NCBI GenBank assembly: GCA_040954595.2
Contig: CM082583.2
Location: 6,818,849 to 6,882,848 of the forward strand
Length of the DNA stretch: 64,000 bases
Direction of reading: 5' to 3'
Source: Balanoglossus misakiensis
Lineage: Eukaryota > Animalia > Hemichordata
Under the pieces are notes generated by a model. That model was not told where the DNA came from. It was given only the letters and a program-made list of their open reading frames with translations, and searched no databases. Positions 32,501-45,791 of this stretch are shown piece by piece (positions within the stretch are counted from its first letter, which is position 1; every line of letters starts with the position of its first letter). Position numbers and translations under genes: made by a program.

Positions 32501-35500
32501 TATGTTGTTTTGATAAATATTCTTTATATAAAAATGAGTGATTCTGGGACAATAAAGACATACAGATAAAATATTATCCATAAAATATGAATATTTCTTT
32601 ACTTGTAATTTTAGTGACACAAAAAAATATATTCAAAAAATATATTAATTTTTAATGTGTGGCCTCCTTTCTTGGAGCTGCTTGACACCATTTCTAAGAC
32701 ACACAAATCTCTTGAGTAAGTAGGTAATAATCTGTTTGTTTTCCACAGTGAGATCTCTCCAGAGAATAAGAGACACTTTAAGACTTTTTATCCCTCCAGC
32801 AATCCCATAATCTATGGATGAAGTGATGGCACTGAACAGCCAATACACGTGAGCTTGGATAGTTATTGCAGATAATTGCTATTTGCACCGCGAACAAGAA
32901 ATAAATTTGCTTATAATCTTGATAGATTGTTTGTTGATTTGCAATAACTTGAGAGTGTTCAACTGAACAAAGTGAGACGAATTAATACCAAACACTGCGA
33001 GGATTCCATTTATTTTGTTGTTGAACCACTTCTGAGTTGGGAGGTCAGACCGGGCTAATGTATGTATTAAAATGTTAAAATGCTCAGACAGTTGTTTTAT
33101 CACACACGCACCATACTGTAACATTTTAGTTTGTCACATTTCAAAGTGGTGTTATATATAAGTGGTCGGCTTATTTTTTTGAAGTTAGATGCATCTGTGT
33201 AACAAATCATCCGGGGGATAAAAGCCTTGATGAGGAGGAGAGGACCGTGTCGCGTTGGATTCAAACAGAAACGGAACAAAAAGTGAACGCATTATTGGCC
33301 ATTATCGAAATGTGGTGTTCTGAGATTTTATAATGTACCTTCTCAGTTCTCCATTCTGGTTGAATGAGTTAAAACACACGAGTGGTGTCGGAGCAGATGT
33401 TTGGACAGGGAGATGGGGTTTTTGTCAAAGAAAAATGCAAAAATATTCCGACACAGGCCTAAGAGTAGTAGACAAACAGACAGATACATGCATGTATGCA
33501 TTCGACGAAATGTAAATATGCGTACATGTGTGTACTTAGCCTTAGATGAAGGTGTATTTCTCGCAAAACTGACAAACACAGATTGATACGTTGAACATAT
33601 GGTTCAGATGCAGACCAATCTTCATACAAATATATACATGTACAGATGTGCAGTCATGTATAAGTGAGTAGATGGATGTGTATGTGTATGTATATTATAG
33701 TGTGTGTGCATGTGATAATATCTCTCTCTCTCTCTTATCTTGTCTATTTTATGAAGATCAAGACATAGCAAGCATTAACCGATAGTTTTAGTGTGATACA
33801 CTGGGTCCCTACACACACACAGGTTCATATACATGTACCGGTACATGTATAGATAGAGTCTGACACACAGACACCCTGACACATGTACACACACACACAC
33901 AAACAAAATCTCTCTTCAAAAGACAACAGAGGCAGTCTCATCATTTAAGATGTAAGGCATACATCTTAATAAAAAATAATTATGAATTATTTTCTACTTG
34001 AGAAATTAATGTGAGCCACCACTGGAAGCAAGACATACCAAGCATTAATCAATGACATCTTTTCATATCATACCTGCACCGCAAAAGTACATAATTTACG
34101 ATTGACTTCCAGACATTTTGTAATTTGAAATCGCCCTGCCTAAATATAACAACAGCCAGGAAATGAGACACCTGGAGGAACGAGAGATAATCCCTGGCTG
34201 AAGTTTCAGGACCAGATGGGGAGATAATTAGAAAAGACACAAAACCCTCCAGCATCAAACTCTCTCCAGTTTGCAGGAAACGCGTGTCGGAGAATTAAAT
34301 TGCAGAAAATATATGTCATCATCAATTTTGCAATGATACCATTTCATGTGAACGGTGCACACCTGTGAAATGAGAGCCAGCACTGCTGGAGGTTATGTTA
34401 ACTCTGATATTTTTTCATCTTAATCCACAAAGGGATCTACATGTACCGCCGTGGATGTCTTTATTGCATAGACAAGCCCTGGTATGCAACACGTCAGCAA
34501 ACTCAATTTTTTTTCTTTTTTTCGTGGGGGCCAGGAAGGAAGATCGCTAAAGATTTAGTCCACTGATTACTTTTCACAGGTCAAACAAGGTGACATCTGT
34601 TTCTGTTTAGTGGTGCAGCTTATTATTCTAATACAGCTTGTATAATTCTATAGGTTTTAGCATAGACAGCACATGGTCTACTGTCTATGGTTTTTAGTAG
34701 ATTGTGGGATTTATTTATTGTGGAGATCCTCTTTTAAGTACATGTACATGTACTGGTACCCCATAAAAGGGCATATTACCAAAGCAACAATTGTCCTAAC
34801 ACACAAGTAAAGCCTGGCATTCCCACTTAAAAAAAGGAGAACACACACAAGAAATAGAATCAGTTTTAGGGTAACCAGCTACAGTAAAAAATAATGCATA
34901 AACACTACAACATGGATATACAGAACTACCATCTTTTTCACTTTAATGCGTGATATACATCAAGAGGTGGAAACTTAAAGCTCATTTGCATATTGAAACA
35001 TTGCCATCTGGCAAATGAGTAATATATAAATGCACTTTACGTCTCCAGAGTTCATCATAACTTACCATATGGTACATGGACAACCAACCATCCTGCTTTG
35101 AGACAATAATGCATGACATGTGCCAAACACATGGTCTTTCCACATCCCTTTCTGCCATACATCACATATCTGACTGGTGGGTTTTCATAGCTTGTCTCTT
35201 TCAGCATGTTGATAACTTCAAGGGCTGGTTTTCTCACCATGATGGCAGCTTCATCGAAAGTCTTAATCTAAAAAGAATAACCAAAGCAACTTACAAATCA
35301 GTCCAAAGAAATACATCAAAAACATATCAATTTTACCTATTGGGAAGATTATGTATCATCCCACATCATGTACACAGGGCCAGTTAAAAACATAAAAGAG
35401 AAAATGACTGTCACAAAAGACAGGAAGAAGGGAGAGTTAATTCTGAATCAACAACGAGGAGCTATTATGTTCATCATATCGAGCTTTTGATCTGTTGAAT

Positions 35501-38500
35501 TGGATGATGCTTCGAACACAATAACCCTTTCATAAGAGTGTCAGTTTATTTTCATGCTAATTACATTCCTTGTCATTTCACATGTAAACCAATAAAAACT
35601 TATTATCGCCATATGATCCATGCGGGGGAAGAAAAAATAGCAGCATTGTGTTTGGTGCATGGTCGTACATGTACATCTTTCAATACAAACAATGGACCAG
35701 ATCAAACATCGTCTGTCATCCGTTTCATTGTTCCCTTTCAGACATCTTTGCAATTTAATTGTAATAATGAGCAGAATTGAAAAAGGTATTCACTGCATGC
35801 CCATTGTTATTTGTTTCTGAACAGAGAATAAATGTGTTGGTGATGCCATGTCGTGTACCAGTACGCCAGTAATTAATTTTTCACAAAAAGTACAAGCTGA
35901 AATGTCATATTTTGTTTGCCTTGCTAATTATACACACAAAGGGAGACCCATTGATATTTCGCTAAGCAATTATCGACTCCAATTTTCATGACTCAATATC
36001 TTAATTGCAATCTGCTAAATGCACCAATGACAACCATTTATAACCTGTCTGAAACACTTCTCTCATAGCGAGACGAAAACATGTCAATCAACAGAAATAA
36101 TGGAATGTTATTGTTTCTCAGAAGAATCATGGATGTCTAGGATTTGATGGAAGCACACGTAACCTCACCTGTTTTTCATATCTTTTTGTGAAACCAACCG
36201 GAAACAGGGTCTGGAGATCTTGTTTAGGGATGGTGTAGAACTGGGCTTCATGTTGTGGAGAGTGATTGGCCTGAAAAGAAGCATTGGATGAGAGGTTGTT
36301 AGATTGACATGGCTGTGTAATAGGAAAATTGGAGACCTTACATCTTCAAAATTCAAGCTCTGTTTAACCTGAAAGGAAAATAGTACAATGGAGAAAGTAA
36401 TCGAACAAGAGGTTTCAGAGAAGATTATTTTTACCAAAAACGGCAAAAATTACCCCCAAACTACAAATATTCACATTTCACCAACATTTGAACAAACTTT
36501 TCTGTGTCCCAAGAATTCCCCCCCCCCCCCCCCACCATATAAACTGCTTAGCCAAGCGAGGTCTTGCAGTGACTCGCGGAGTTCAGAAAATGGTCTATCA
36601 GCTCAGACAGATGGAACAGGCCAAGATTGGCCTGATTTACAGGTAAAGCATTGTGACAAGACAAATTCCCTTACAGACAGTACTGGACTCCCTGTGATGG
36701 TAAATGTGCCCCTTTCCAATTATACAGATGGAGTAAATAGGTTCAAACAGCATGGGTACACACATGACTGGCTTCATTTTTAGTACCCTACAATTTACAT
36801 GCTGCTTGGTGGAGTACTAGCATTGTGAGGAGCTGACATCCAGGCTGTTTTTTTTGTAGGAATATGCAATCTAATACTGTGAATTGTACTCAATTATGAG
36901 AAGAGGTTACAAAAGATCAGGTATTTCTTTGAGTGATGTTAGATTGTGCTTTTAACCTCTGCACCGTGGTTTAACCCCAATGGCCTGCCCAATGGTATAA
37001 CAAATGCCAGAAAATGCCAAAGTCTGACACAGATACCAATGGGTTTGACCAAGAGGTTTAATACACAGATGCCTTTTTGGATTTCCACTTCCAGAATCTA
37101 ACTGACACTTCCTGATAAATGATGGCACTTAAATGATCAATAAACTTGTGCTAATATAATGGAATTGTATGATTTGATAATGATGTGATAATTTAATGTG
37201 AAGGGATGCACACAAAAAATCAAAATGGCTGACTGGCAACCGTACTGGATTTATCCTTAAAACAAATTGCACAAAGATGTAATAGTAAGTGTACAAATAA
37301 TTGAAAAGTATTAAATAAAAGGATGCAGGCACTCTAGCTTCACTTGAGTTGCGTTTAACATATAAATTTGATTCAGGGCCAATTTTTGAGGTCATTAGGA
37401 AGTATTCTCAGCACTCCACACAGCCATGCAAACCTGCTTGCTACAACAAAAACACATCAATTCACAAGGTTACAAGTTTATTACCCAGAATAAAAAGTCC
37501 TGCACTTCATCTGTCCCAAGAGTGTAAAGATTTATTGTATGAGGTGTTATTGTCCCTGTCAGTAACTACCCACTATTACATGTCTCAGTTTTACTACTCT
37601 GAGGAAAGGAAAAAGAACACAAGAACATTTTTTTGACAACTTGCAACAGCTAGACCACTATACTCAAACAAAACCATGTGTGTAAAAGTGAAAATGGCCA
37701 TAGAGGTGTATACATCTTCCTATGTACATATTCACTTTATGTGCATTTGTTTTGCCACTATCATATGACTTCATACATACATACATACATACATACATAC
37801 ATACATACATACATACATACATACATACATACCGTACATGTACATATGCATCCATCCATCATACACACATATACCGGTATACACATGCATGCACGCACAC
37901 ACACACACTCTCTCTCTCTCTCACACACACAAATCATGTTGAAACTTTCTGGGACAAAATCCTAAATGTTTTCTAGTCGTCAAAGAAGAGGCTTATCCCA
38001 AATCTAGTTGAAGCAGATCAGCACAATGGCCGCCTTCCCGGTTCACTACATTTCATTTTCAGAAAACAAACAAGAAAAGCCAAGAGGATGATGATGTGCA
38101 TTCACCAATTCTAGACATGTCTGGAATAAGTCGTTGGCTAAACAAAGACCTGTCCAAGAAGAGCCAGTTTCATTGAAGCCCAACTGAATAAACCCCTACA
38201 AGTAAACTGTACTTTCTTTAGATTGTAAATACTAAATACCTGAATGGGAGGATGTCAAATGTCTGTGTGTTTTTATGACTTCCTCTTACATCTGCCACTG
38301 AATGGCCTTCACAGACTCTGAGTTTCATTGAAATGCTGTTCGCTTCATGAATAATAGAAGACGTAATCAAGCAGGCAAAGGCTTGTCATAGGTGGATTAT
38401 CACATTGCGTAGTTTCACGTTTCTGAGAAACCATTCCATGATTTTCTGAGCTTTCACTATGGAACTCCATAGTGTGAGTCTCTTTCACACAGTGTGAAAA

Positions 38501-41500
38501 AAAAAACTTTTTTTTATCACCTGTAAAAAGTTGTTCATCTGCCGTACCTTGTGGATTAAAACTTCTTCGTGACAGATGGCTGTTTGCAGTGATTTGCGGT
38601 CAAATCTTGCACCAGCTTGACAATTAGCAAATGAGAAAATCATGAAATTTTTTTTAAATATTCTGATGAAGTTAGGCCTGTATTCTAAACTATCACACCA
38701 ACGGAACCAAATAGAAAATGGACAAGCAATTAAAAAGAAATGATATCAGCTAGCTATCCACTGTAGAAGGTTTGAGGACCAGACATGGACTTTTAATGTC
38801 TATATTTGTGAAAAGAGGTTTTACAGCATCTCGCAGCATTCTGTGACACCGACAGTCCAGAATTTACAACTTCCTGGATCTTTGTCAAGAAACAATACCA
38901 TGGCGGAGTTTGCTTCTGAAATACCCATTTACAAAACCAATTTGTAAGTGAAACAGTTAGCAGTGAAACTTAAATGAGACATGACACCTTTCAGCTGTTA
39001 AACAAGACAGTGGCTTGTAATGCCATTGATGTGGTACACAGCGGATGTGGCCAAGCCATTCCCAGAAGATTAATTCACAAGGTCAATTTCAAGAAGCTAT
39101 AGCACCAGGCTCGATGGTGTGAAAATCATTCACGTGTGACGCGACAAAAAACCATCCACAATGACAGCTGGTGTTGTCCGTCTGCTGAAAATGCAGGAGT
39201 GGAATTTTAACAACTTCTACAGATGTTCGATCGGTAAAAGTTGAGCAGGTTTCTGAACTCTCCTTTGTATGTGTCATCAAAATGTGTGCAGGAGTCACCG
39301 TGCTAGTTTATGAAAAGTAAAGACAGCGAATTTTGCTGATACTGGTGAAACATTAACTGCTGAGTCGGTACTTCTTCAACAAGTTTTTTCTCTGGGCAAA
39401 ACATTCAATGAAGCTCATCTGAAAAATAAAGCACAGTGACCAGTCACTGATTTGATTTCTTTTACTGAGCTACATGTACGTGTGAAATTTCACGAAAATG
39501 ACCATAGCAGATATTGGTTTTCTAGTAATGCTCAATATAATCCCATGGGAAAAGACACAGTCGATGTTCGTGTACATGTAGTGAGTGTACATCCTTAATT
39601 GAGAAAACAAATTCAGTGTTGAAGATAAATTCAGCGTGCAGGTGCTGGGTGTTACTTTTTCACAGTTTTACGAGTCACGACAGAATTTCAAACTAATGAA
39701 TTTATGGAGTATTTCCCACTTGCCAAGGCCCTCAGCCTGCATCTGAAGTAAATTTGCCTGTCAGTGTCTAGGCCCATTTCTTCACACAGTCAGTGACAGA
39801 TTCCGAACACACTGTGTTAACCTGAGACAAACCTTTGCAAAAGGAATGACAGCCAAATATCAGGAGACAAGTGGCACAGACAAGTGCAAGAACAGCTATT
39901 GGGAGGATACAAACGCCACTTGTATATGTATATAGATTATCTTCTCACCTTAGATTAAAATTAAAAGGATGGTACAATTGCCCTGAACACTTCATGTACC
40001 TTATTGACTGTAATATATTTCTGTAATACTGACTGTAAGACCTTGAGCAGAATTTTTATTCAAATACTAAAACAAACAATAATCTATGAGCAGAGATTAA
40101 AAACCTCCATTACTGGGACTGGACAGTTAATGATAAGTGGGCATCAATAAAATAAAAATACAGGATAGTTCTATCCCTGCTAACTATCACTACATGCTTA
40201 AATCCACAAAATAGGCATTGATCTTATAAACGTTACATCAGGTGATCCATGTCACCGCTGGGGGCAAAGGTCATTGAGAGGTAATGGAGCCTATTCTTGA
40301 TCACATCCCTAGCACTGTATTGCTTTCCCATCAATGGGGAGGCTGTAAAACACAGCAGACCTACAAATGGAGAGTGTTCTTGCCCTCCGGAGACCAATGG
40401 CTCCTTTACTTCAATTTCTTTTTGGTCGGGAGACTTAATTATCTGGTTTGGAACTTTCCGGTGATAAAAACCGTTAAGTTGACTGCACTCATTTGTCATC
40501 CTGTGGGCTTTGCACGGCATCATTTCCCCCCTCTTTGGGTCAATTCGTCTTCATGGATGCGATATTTCGTGATCTGTAGTTCTTATTGAGAAATGAAGCG
40601 TGCAGATTATATAAATCATTCAATCAGACACTGTTTCCTTTGAAAGAACATAAAAAGAAAGAAACTACATACTCAGGTGATGTTAGTAAATCTTTGATAG
40701 ATAAAAGAGAATATTCTGCTGTACTGCAGCTGGAAGTGGCATCAATATCACATGACTTCCCTGAATTTTTCAAGGAAGTTACCAATCCAGTAGTGTCATC
40801 AACAATGATAATCTTCAGGATGTAAGTTGCCAAACAATTAACACAGACAAGCAACAATAATGGCAAGCGTTAGGCTCTATTCAATCATTTATTTCACTCC
40901 ATTTAACTGCTATAATTATCAATCAATTAGTATAAAATGCTGGCAAATTGCCATTGTTAAATCTCATTTGCATAATGATTACAACCTATTATTTGTCATT
41001 TAAAACATGTTTCAACAGGTCAGGTTATCGTGCTGTGATGATAATGAGGAAGATGACTGAGCCGGGATGCACCTTGCAGCTAAAAAAATGAAAGTTTTTC
41101 AAATTACTTTTTTCAATTTTCCAGCTTGAATGGCTATCAAGTTCAGAACATAGAAAGCACACAATGGTTTCAATACCCCCATAAATTAATAATTCATTTT
41201 TTTCTGATAGAGTTTAACACAACTAGTATATAAAGCAGTCTTATTATTCTAAATTTGTTTTAAAAAATAATAAACACAGTGACCATGAAAATGTGTTTTT
41301 GATTTCAGAAGACATTGACCTTGACACTGAAATGGTCGCCACATAAACAAAATAAGACGACCTCCTGAACTTTGTTTTCAATTTCACGACAAATATTGTT
41401 AACTTTATGTTGAGTTGAAATTTGCAGATTGTCTAGCTTACATAATCTTCTGTTAAAATTAACTTTTGCATAACATTATTAGAGTAGGTTTCCTTTTCCA

Positions 41501-44500
41501 CAAATGAATATACGGTACTAATTATAGATAGTAATATAATTAACATGGTAAGGGTAGCTTGCTCTATATTTGGTTTATTGCAGTACATCATTTAATGACC
41601 CCTGTCTCCATGACAACACCCATCTCATTGGACACAGTCTGCAGAAATGCATCATAATTAGCCACAGATGCAAATGTCACCTACACTGCCTCCTGGGACT
41701 GAAGATATTTGACACAATATCAAGAATAATGTTTTTGGTACTCTGTTGCTAGGTGACCAACTGTATCAGAGCTGTAGTTGGATATGTTTAGCATATCATG
41801 AACGTGAAAAATAAAGTCATTAATACTGATGACTACACTGCTCCACTGAACGCAAGTTCAAAGCGAAAGCATTTGGAGAGTAAAAGGAAACAACAGGTGA
41901 ATTTCTACTATTCCTTTCAGAGTCCAAAGATCAGCAGCTAGTAATATATACACTCTTGAAGCACCAAAGATGCATGTAGCAGGCAAGGACAAGAGAAGAG
42001 AGTGTTAGATAAAACGTGGGGTAAGTCTGTATTTGAATTTAAAAACACATTTCATGATAAGAGCTGAACACAAACACAGACTGTTTCGTGTCACTGATGA
42101 TTATCCCACAATGCAATGCAATGCAATTGGATGCATCAAAAAATGGATTCGAGCCAAAAGTTGCAAAAAAAAATAATCATTATATTTTAATTGCTTCTCA
42201 TCAATGATGCAATTCATGGTACCTGCAATACTGCAGGGTATTGTTTCTATGGTAACCTGGAGGTAGCTCGAACTGCATCGTGGAACTGGTACCGAACAAA
42301 CACAAAGCATTTATGAGCATGGCAAATTATAGATATGGTAAATTTATGCTAAGAAATTATACTATGTCCCCCCAAAATGGCAGCTTTCTGTAATTTCTGC
42401 TTCCAAAGTTGAATTCAACTTATACGAGGTAAGCTTTATAAATCCCCCCCCCCCAAAAATTCCAATGTAAACCAAGCCACGTTTACAGGCAATTGGACAT
42501 TTAGTCTGGACAAATAAAGACACTATTGATTAGATGCATTTCTCTTTGAGGATCCGATTGAAGAATCAAATCATTTTTCAGCAATCACACTTATGCCGCC
42601 CTGTTAAAAGAATCTTGTAATATGAAGAAACTGACAAGGTACAACATAAATAAATTATAAAATGCTGCTTACAGGATTTTGGGAGTTGATAGTTTATTGA
42701 TGATGTTTGACGCTTCTCGTCAGCAAGAATATGAATTTATCCACTTACTGGATTACTTTCGTCGGTTCTGAATATCGCCCGGGGCAACGCAGATGATGCT
42801 GCTGTGGCTGTTTCTTGGAAGGAGGCTTGGCTGCTTCCTGTGTGTAGCTTCATACAGAGGGCACAACTCTAGATACAACAGAAACAGCACAAATGATGTT
42901 AAACTTTAAAGATTATGGTGTTTTATGGCTGATGCTTTCACCAGAGTCACCAATTTGCAGGTTCTAGCCCCTGCACCAATGACAAAGAAGGGTTAGATCA
43001 TGAGTCTGTTTTCAAGTCAAAGGAGGCTATCTTTGCACAATCAGTGATGAAGACCCTAGACAGTCAGTGCATCTGTTAATTCGCAGAAGTAGCACCTGCA
43101 CAGAATTTTCCCAGGGTTCATCCTATGTTTCCATGTATGAATTTTCACACATAAATAATTGATATGAATATTTATGAGTAGAGTGTGTTCTGTGTATTAC
43201 ATTCTAAAAGTTTTATCAAAATCTGGCTAATACAGTTAAACATTTCTGCAGCGGTCAGTCAAGGAACTTTCCTTAACCAGCCTTTAAAGACAGGTGGCCT
43301 TTACTACTAAAGACAGGTTAATAACTGTACATGCACCTGTAACTATAGTGACTGTGATTCAACCAATCAGCTGTGTTGTTGCATGGAGGTACAGGGTACC
43401 AACATGAGTGTTGTGATTTCCTATGTTAATGCAACAACAAGTGAAAGACAGGAGTGTTTAACACTGCATAATGAAGGTACCCAGTACAGGCTCATAAGGT
43501 TGATTCTGATTGGCCAGTTCCTTTGTCAGGTCACTCTTCAAACAGGTGTACAGCAGGCTTATGAATAATGTAACTTTTGAGGATAGGCCTTCTGAGGCCA
43601 TGCATATTAGCTCTTTGTTTTGTGGTTCAAGTAACAGACATGATAATTTTATCACTGCATAATGACGCTCTGAGGTCAAGAAGACGGTCAACAGACAGGT
43701 GCTACCACTGTTGGTGTGTACACATGTACAACTTTCTTCACAGCCAATTACTAAATCTTAATTTTCTGTTATTCTGAAATTCCATAGTAACCCCTCTTTT
43801 TTGATTGGATACTATAGAAAATTATAATTATATCCTTTCATCTGGAAGGTCACTCCTATGGTTGGCATACATTTTCTTTTAATTTGAAGAATATTTCTGC
43901 CAGGAGATACATACCCTCCATCTTTGTGTGTGTAACTGCAAGTTTATGACACCAAGACCTAAAAGAAAAGGGGAAAACATGTAATAAATATGATCGCTTT
44001 ATAGGAAAGACAATAAAAATATGAATCTCGGTTTCTTACACAAAATGTGCTCCTAATGGGGACAGCCAATAGTAGCACGTAGTTGCGTAGCCTAGCAACA
44101 TTCTTGGGGACAACAAGACCAGGGGGAGGCCACCACAGCGACTGTGCAATTATCACCTGCAACTGACACCTATTGTTTCAATTCACACCTAAATCACTTG
44201 CAATCTGTGCGGTCATTCCACTTTCCAGAACACGTTTAGCGCCAGGCGCAAAGGACGTCTCATCACTGTTCGGTCTGAAGTTCCATGATCTTTGCCCCAA
44301 AACAAGTTTTGAATGGCTTTGCGTTGAAATTGGGCGCTCTCAAGCGCCAGCGTACAGCAGGTCACGGGTTATTTACATTGCAAAGATTCGATCGGGTCAG
44401 AAAATCGTTTTCTTGGCAGTCTTGCTCGTCACTTTCCCGAACGAGGACCCTCTACCCCCACCCCATTCCGTGACCTTACACGACACTATCCTGGTGTGAA

Positions 44501-44571
44501 CAGTTATGCTTTAAAATCAATCATAATTTCTCACCTCGACAGGCAAACGCTCTCCACATGGGCGCTGCCAT
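26599..44571 (-). CDS. DAP3: Death-associated protein 3 / mitochondrial ribosomal protein mS29, 12 coding exons, 406 aa
   Basis: Exons 44571-44535 (MAAPMWRAFACR), 42970-42942 (29-nt exon, less certain), 42868-42749 (PRAIFRTDESNP), 36270-36169, 35267-35066 (TFDEAAIMVRKPALE...P-loop GRKGCGKT), 28565-28432, 28282-28202 (YTWSRREFTEAGQPL), 27905-27744 (DAVGVVLKEL), 27450-27391, 27242-27150, 26985-26871 (GFELMDPFIP...WLQH) and 26684-26599 (stop TGA). All introns are GT-AG and the exons total 1221 nt in one open frame. Confidence 0.95.
27585..27668. mobile_element. piggyBac-type MITE (84 bp) in a DAP3 intron
   Basis: TTAA at 27581-27584 and 27669-27672 flanks the termini CCCTTCACC...GGTGAAAGGG. Confidence 0.7.
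34661..34689. mobile_element. Second copy of the CATAGACAG...CTGTCTATG micro-element
   Basis: Same 9-bp terminal inverted repeat as 8207-8231. The flanks GGTTTTAG and GTTTTTAG form a degenerate TSD. Confidence 0.55.
37772..37831. repeat. (CATA)~15 microsatellite, followed by CA/CT tracts to ~37930
   Basis: Read directly from the sequence. Confidence 0.95.
43233..43327. mobile_element. Degenerate Tc1/mariner/pogo-type MITE
   Basis: TA|CAGTTA...TAACTG|TA termini, with AAAGACAGGT repeated twice in the right subterminal region. Confidence 0.45.
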
Positions 44572-44885
44572 TTTGGATATTTGCAAGGTGATATGGGAAA
44601 TATCATACGAATTCTCTTATTCTTTTCAGTAAAGCTCCTACAATATTATTCATTCGAGTTGTGTCTTTTTGTTTTATCATTTTAAACTCATATTTTAATA
44701 ACTGACGAAATTCAAAGACCGATCTATAATCACAATTTTACATGCAAATCAGTTGTACCTCCTGAGGTCGCCATTTTTGTTCTGGGATGATGGCGTATTT
44801 TTATTCAAAGGTACCCTCCTTTTTGTGCGATTTTCCCGCCTTCTCTGAGCAATCGAAAGATACATAATTCAGCTCAAACTACAAG
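44572..44885. promoter_or_regulatory. Bidirectional promoter DAP3/ASH1L including a probable non-coding ASH1L exon 1
   Basis: YY1-type CGCCATTTT (~44770), E2F-like TTTTCCCGCC (44831-44840) and a donor AAG|GTAAAT after 44885, upstream of the 45347 acceptor. The DAP3 ATG is in AAAATGGCAGCG context. Confidence 0.6.
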
Positions 44886-45377
44886 GTAAATATAACACTT
44901 TGTGAATCTTGTTCGTCCCGATTCCAGGTCACGAGCGATCGGGTAATTAGCGTGTCTCACACATTCACTTAAAAACACTGTCTGTGATTTGGAAACGGAC
45001 CACTGAAATTGACAGGCGGAGGACCCGTCAAAATATCATCACTGTATGGTACACTGTGTGACCTGACAGCTCGGAAAGGATGTTTTGACGCATAGGTTAA
45101 TAACCCTGAAACAGTGGATAGAATAAAATGTTCACAGCAGATTCAGTTAAAATATCTGCAGAAAATAATTTTGTAAGATGTTGGATGGGGATAATTGTAA
45201 TGTTTTGATTACAAGGATTACGTGCACGTCTGGTATAACATGTCTGACTAGAGGGTGCTTGCAGTAATTTTAAGTAGCGCACAGAACTACCAGCATTGGT
45301 TATAATATCAGCAGTATCTCATTTTATTTTTTGCCTGTTACCGACAGGAGAAAGTCAAGTGTTGTAGTGAGGAGGCC

Positions 45378-45791
45378 ATGGAACAAAGAGGGGCTTTGTT
45401 TGACGGGCCTCAGATTGGGGATGGCACAATGGAAAACACTAATAACAGTTCAGAAGGAATCCCTAGCCGCCGCCGCTCCATGGAAGCCGATGGGGAAAAT
45501 TTCCAGGAGGAGAGCGGTGGTTTTAATGAAGAGAGCGCGGATGCTGATCATCAGCTCCGAGAGTTCAGCATCCAGGAGACAAATTTTGAAGAGGGACAGC
45601 TCAAACTCAAATTGAAGACCACGCGACCGTCGAAAAAATCACCCAAACACGGAGGTGGTAGTGCATCTACCACCAGTGCCGGTCGACCGGCCATTAAAAT
45701 CACCATCAAACAGCCTGCGAGTGTCAAATCAATGGATGGAGAGGCTGCTGAAAGTACTGTCGAGAATGGCAGTAAGGCAGCGCGTAGAAGG
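45378..45791 (+). CDS. ASH1L: First coding exon of the ASH1-like H3K36 methyltransferase (partial; the gene continues beyond the window)
   Basis: Acceptor CAG ends at 45347, ATG is at 45378 and a phase-0 donor AGG|GTACGT follows 45791 (138 codons). EFSIQETNFEEGQLKLKL...RPAIKITIKQP matches the recalled vertebrate ASH1L N-terminus QFSVKETNFSEGNLKLKI...RPAIKTTIKHP. The gene lies head-to-head with DAP3. No SET/AWS exons are in the window. Confidence 0.82.

Noticed and set aside
37664-37976. ORFs with HTYI/CMYV repeats
   Set aside because: These are translations of the (CATA)n microsatellite.
38455-38474. Palindrome CACTATGGAacTCCATAGTG with CACTA-like ends
   Set aside because: No convincing target-site duplication and no second copy.
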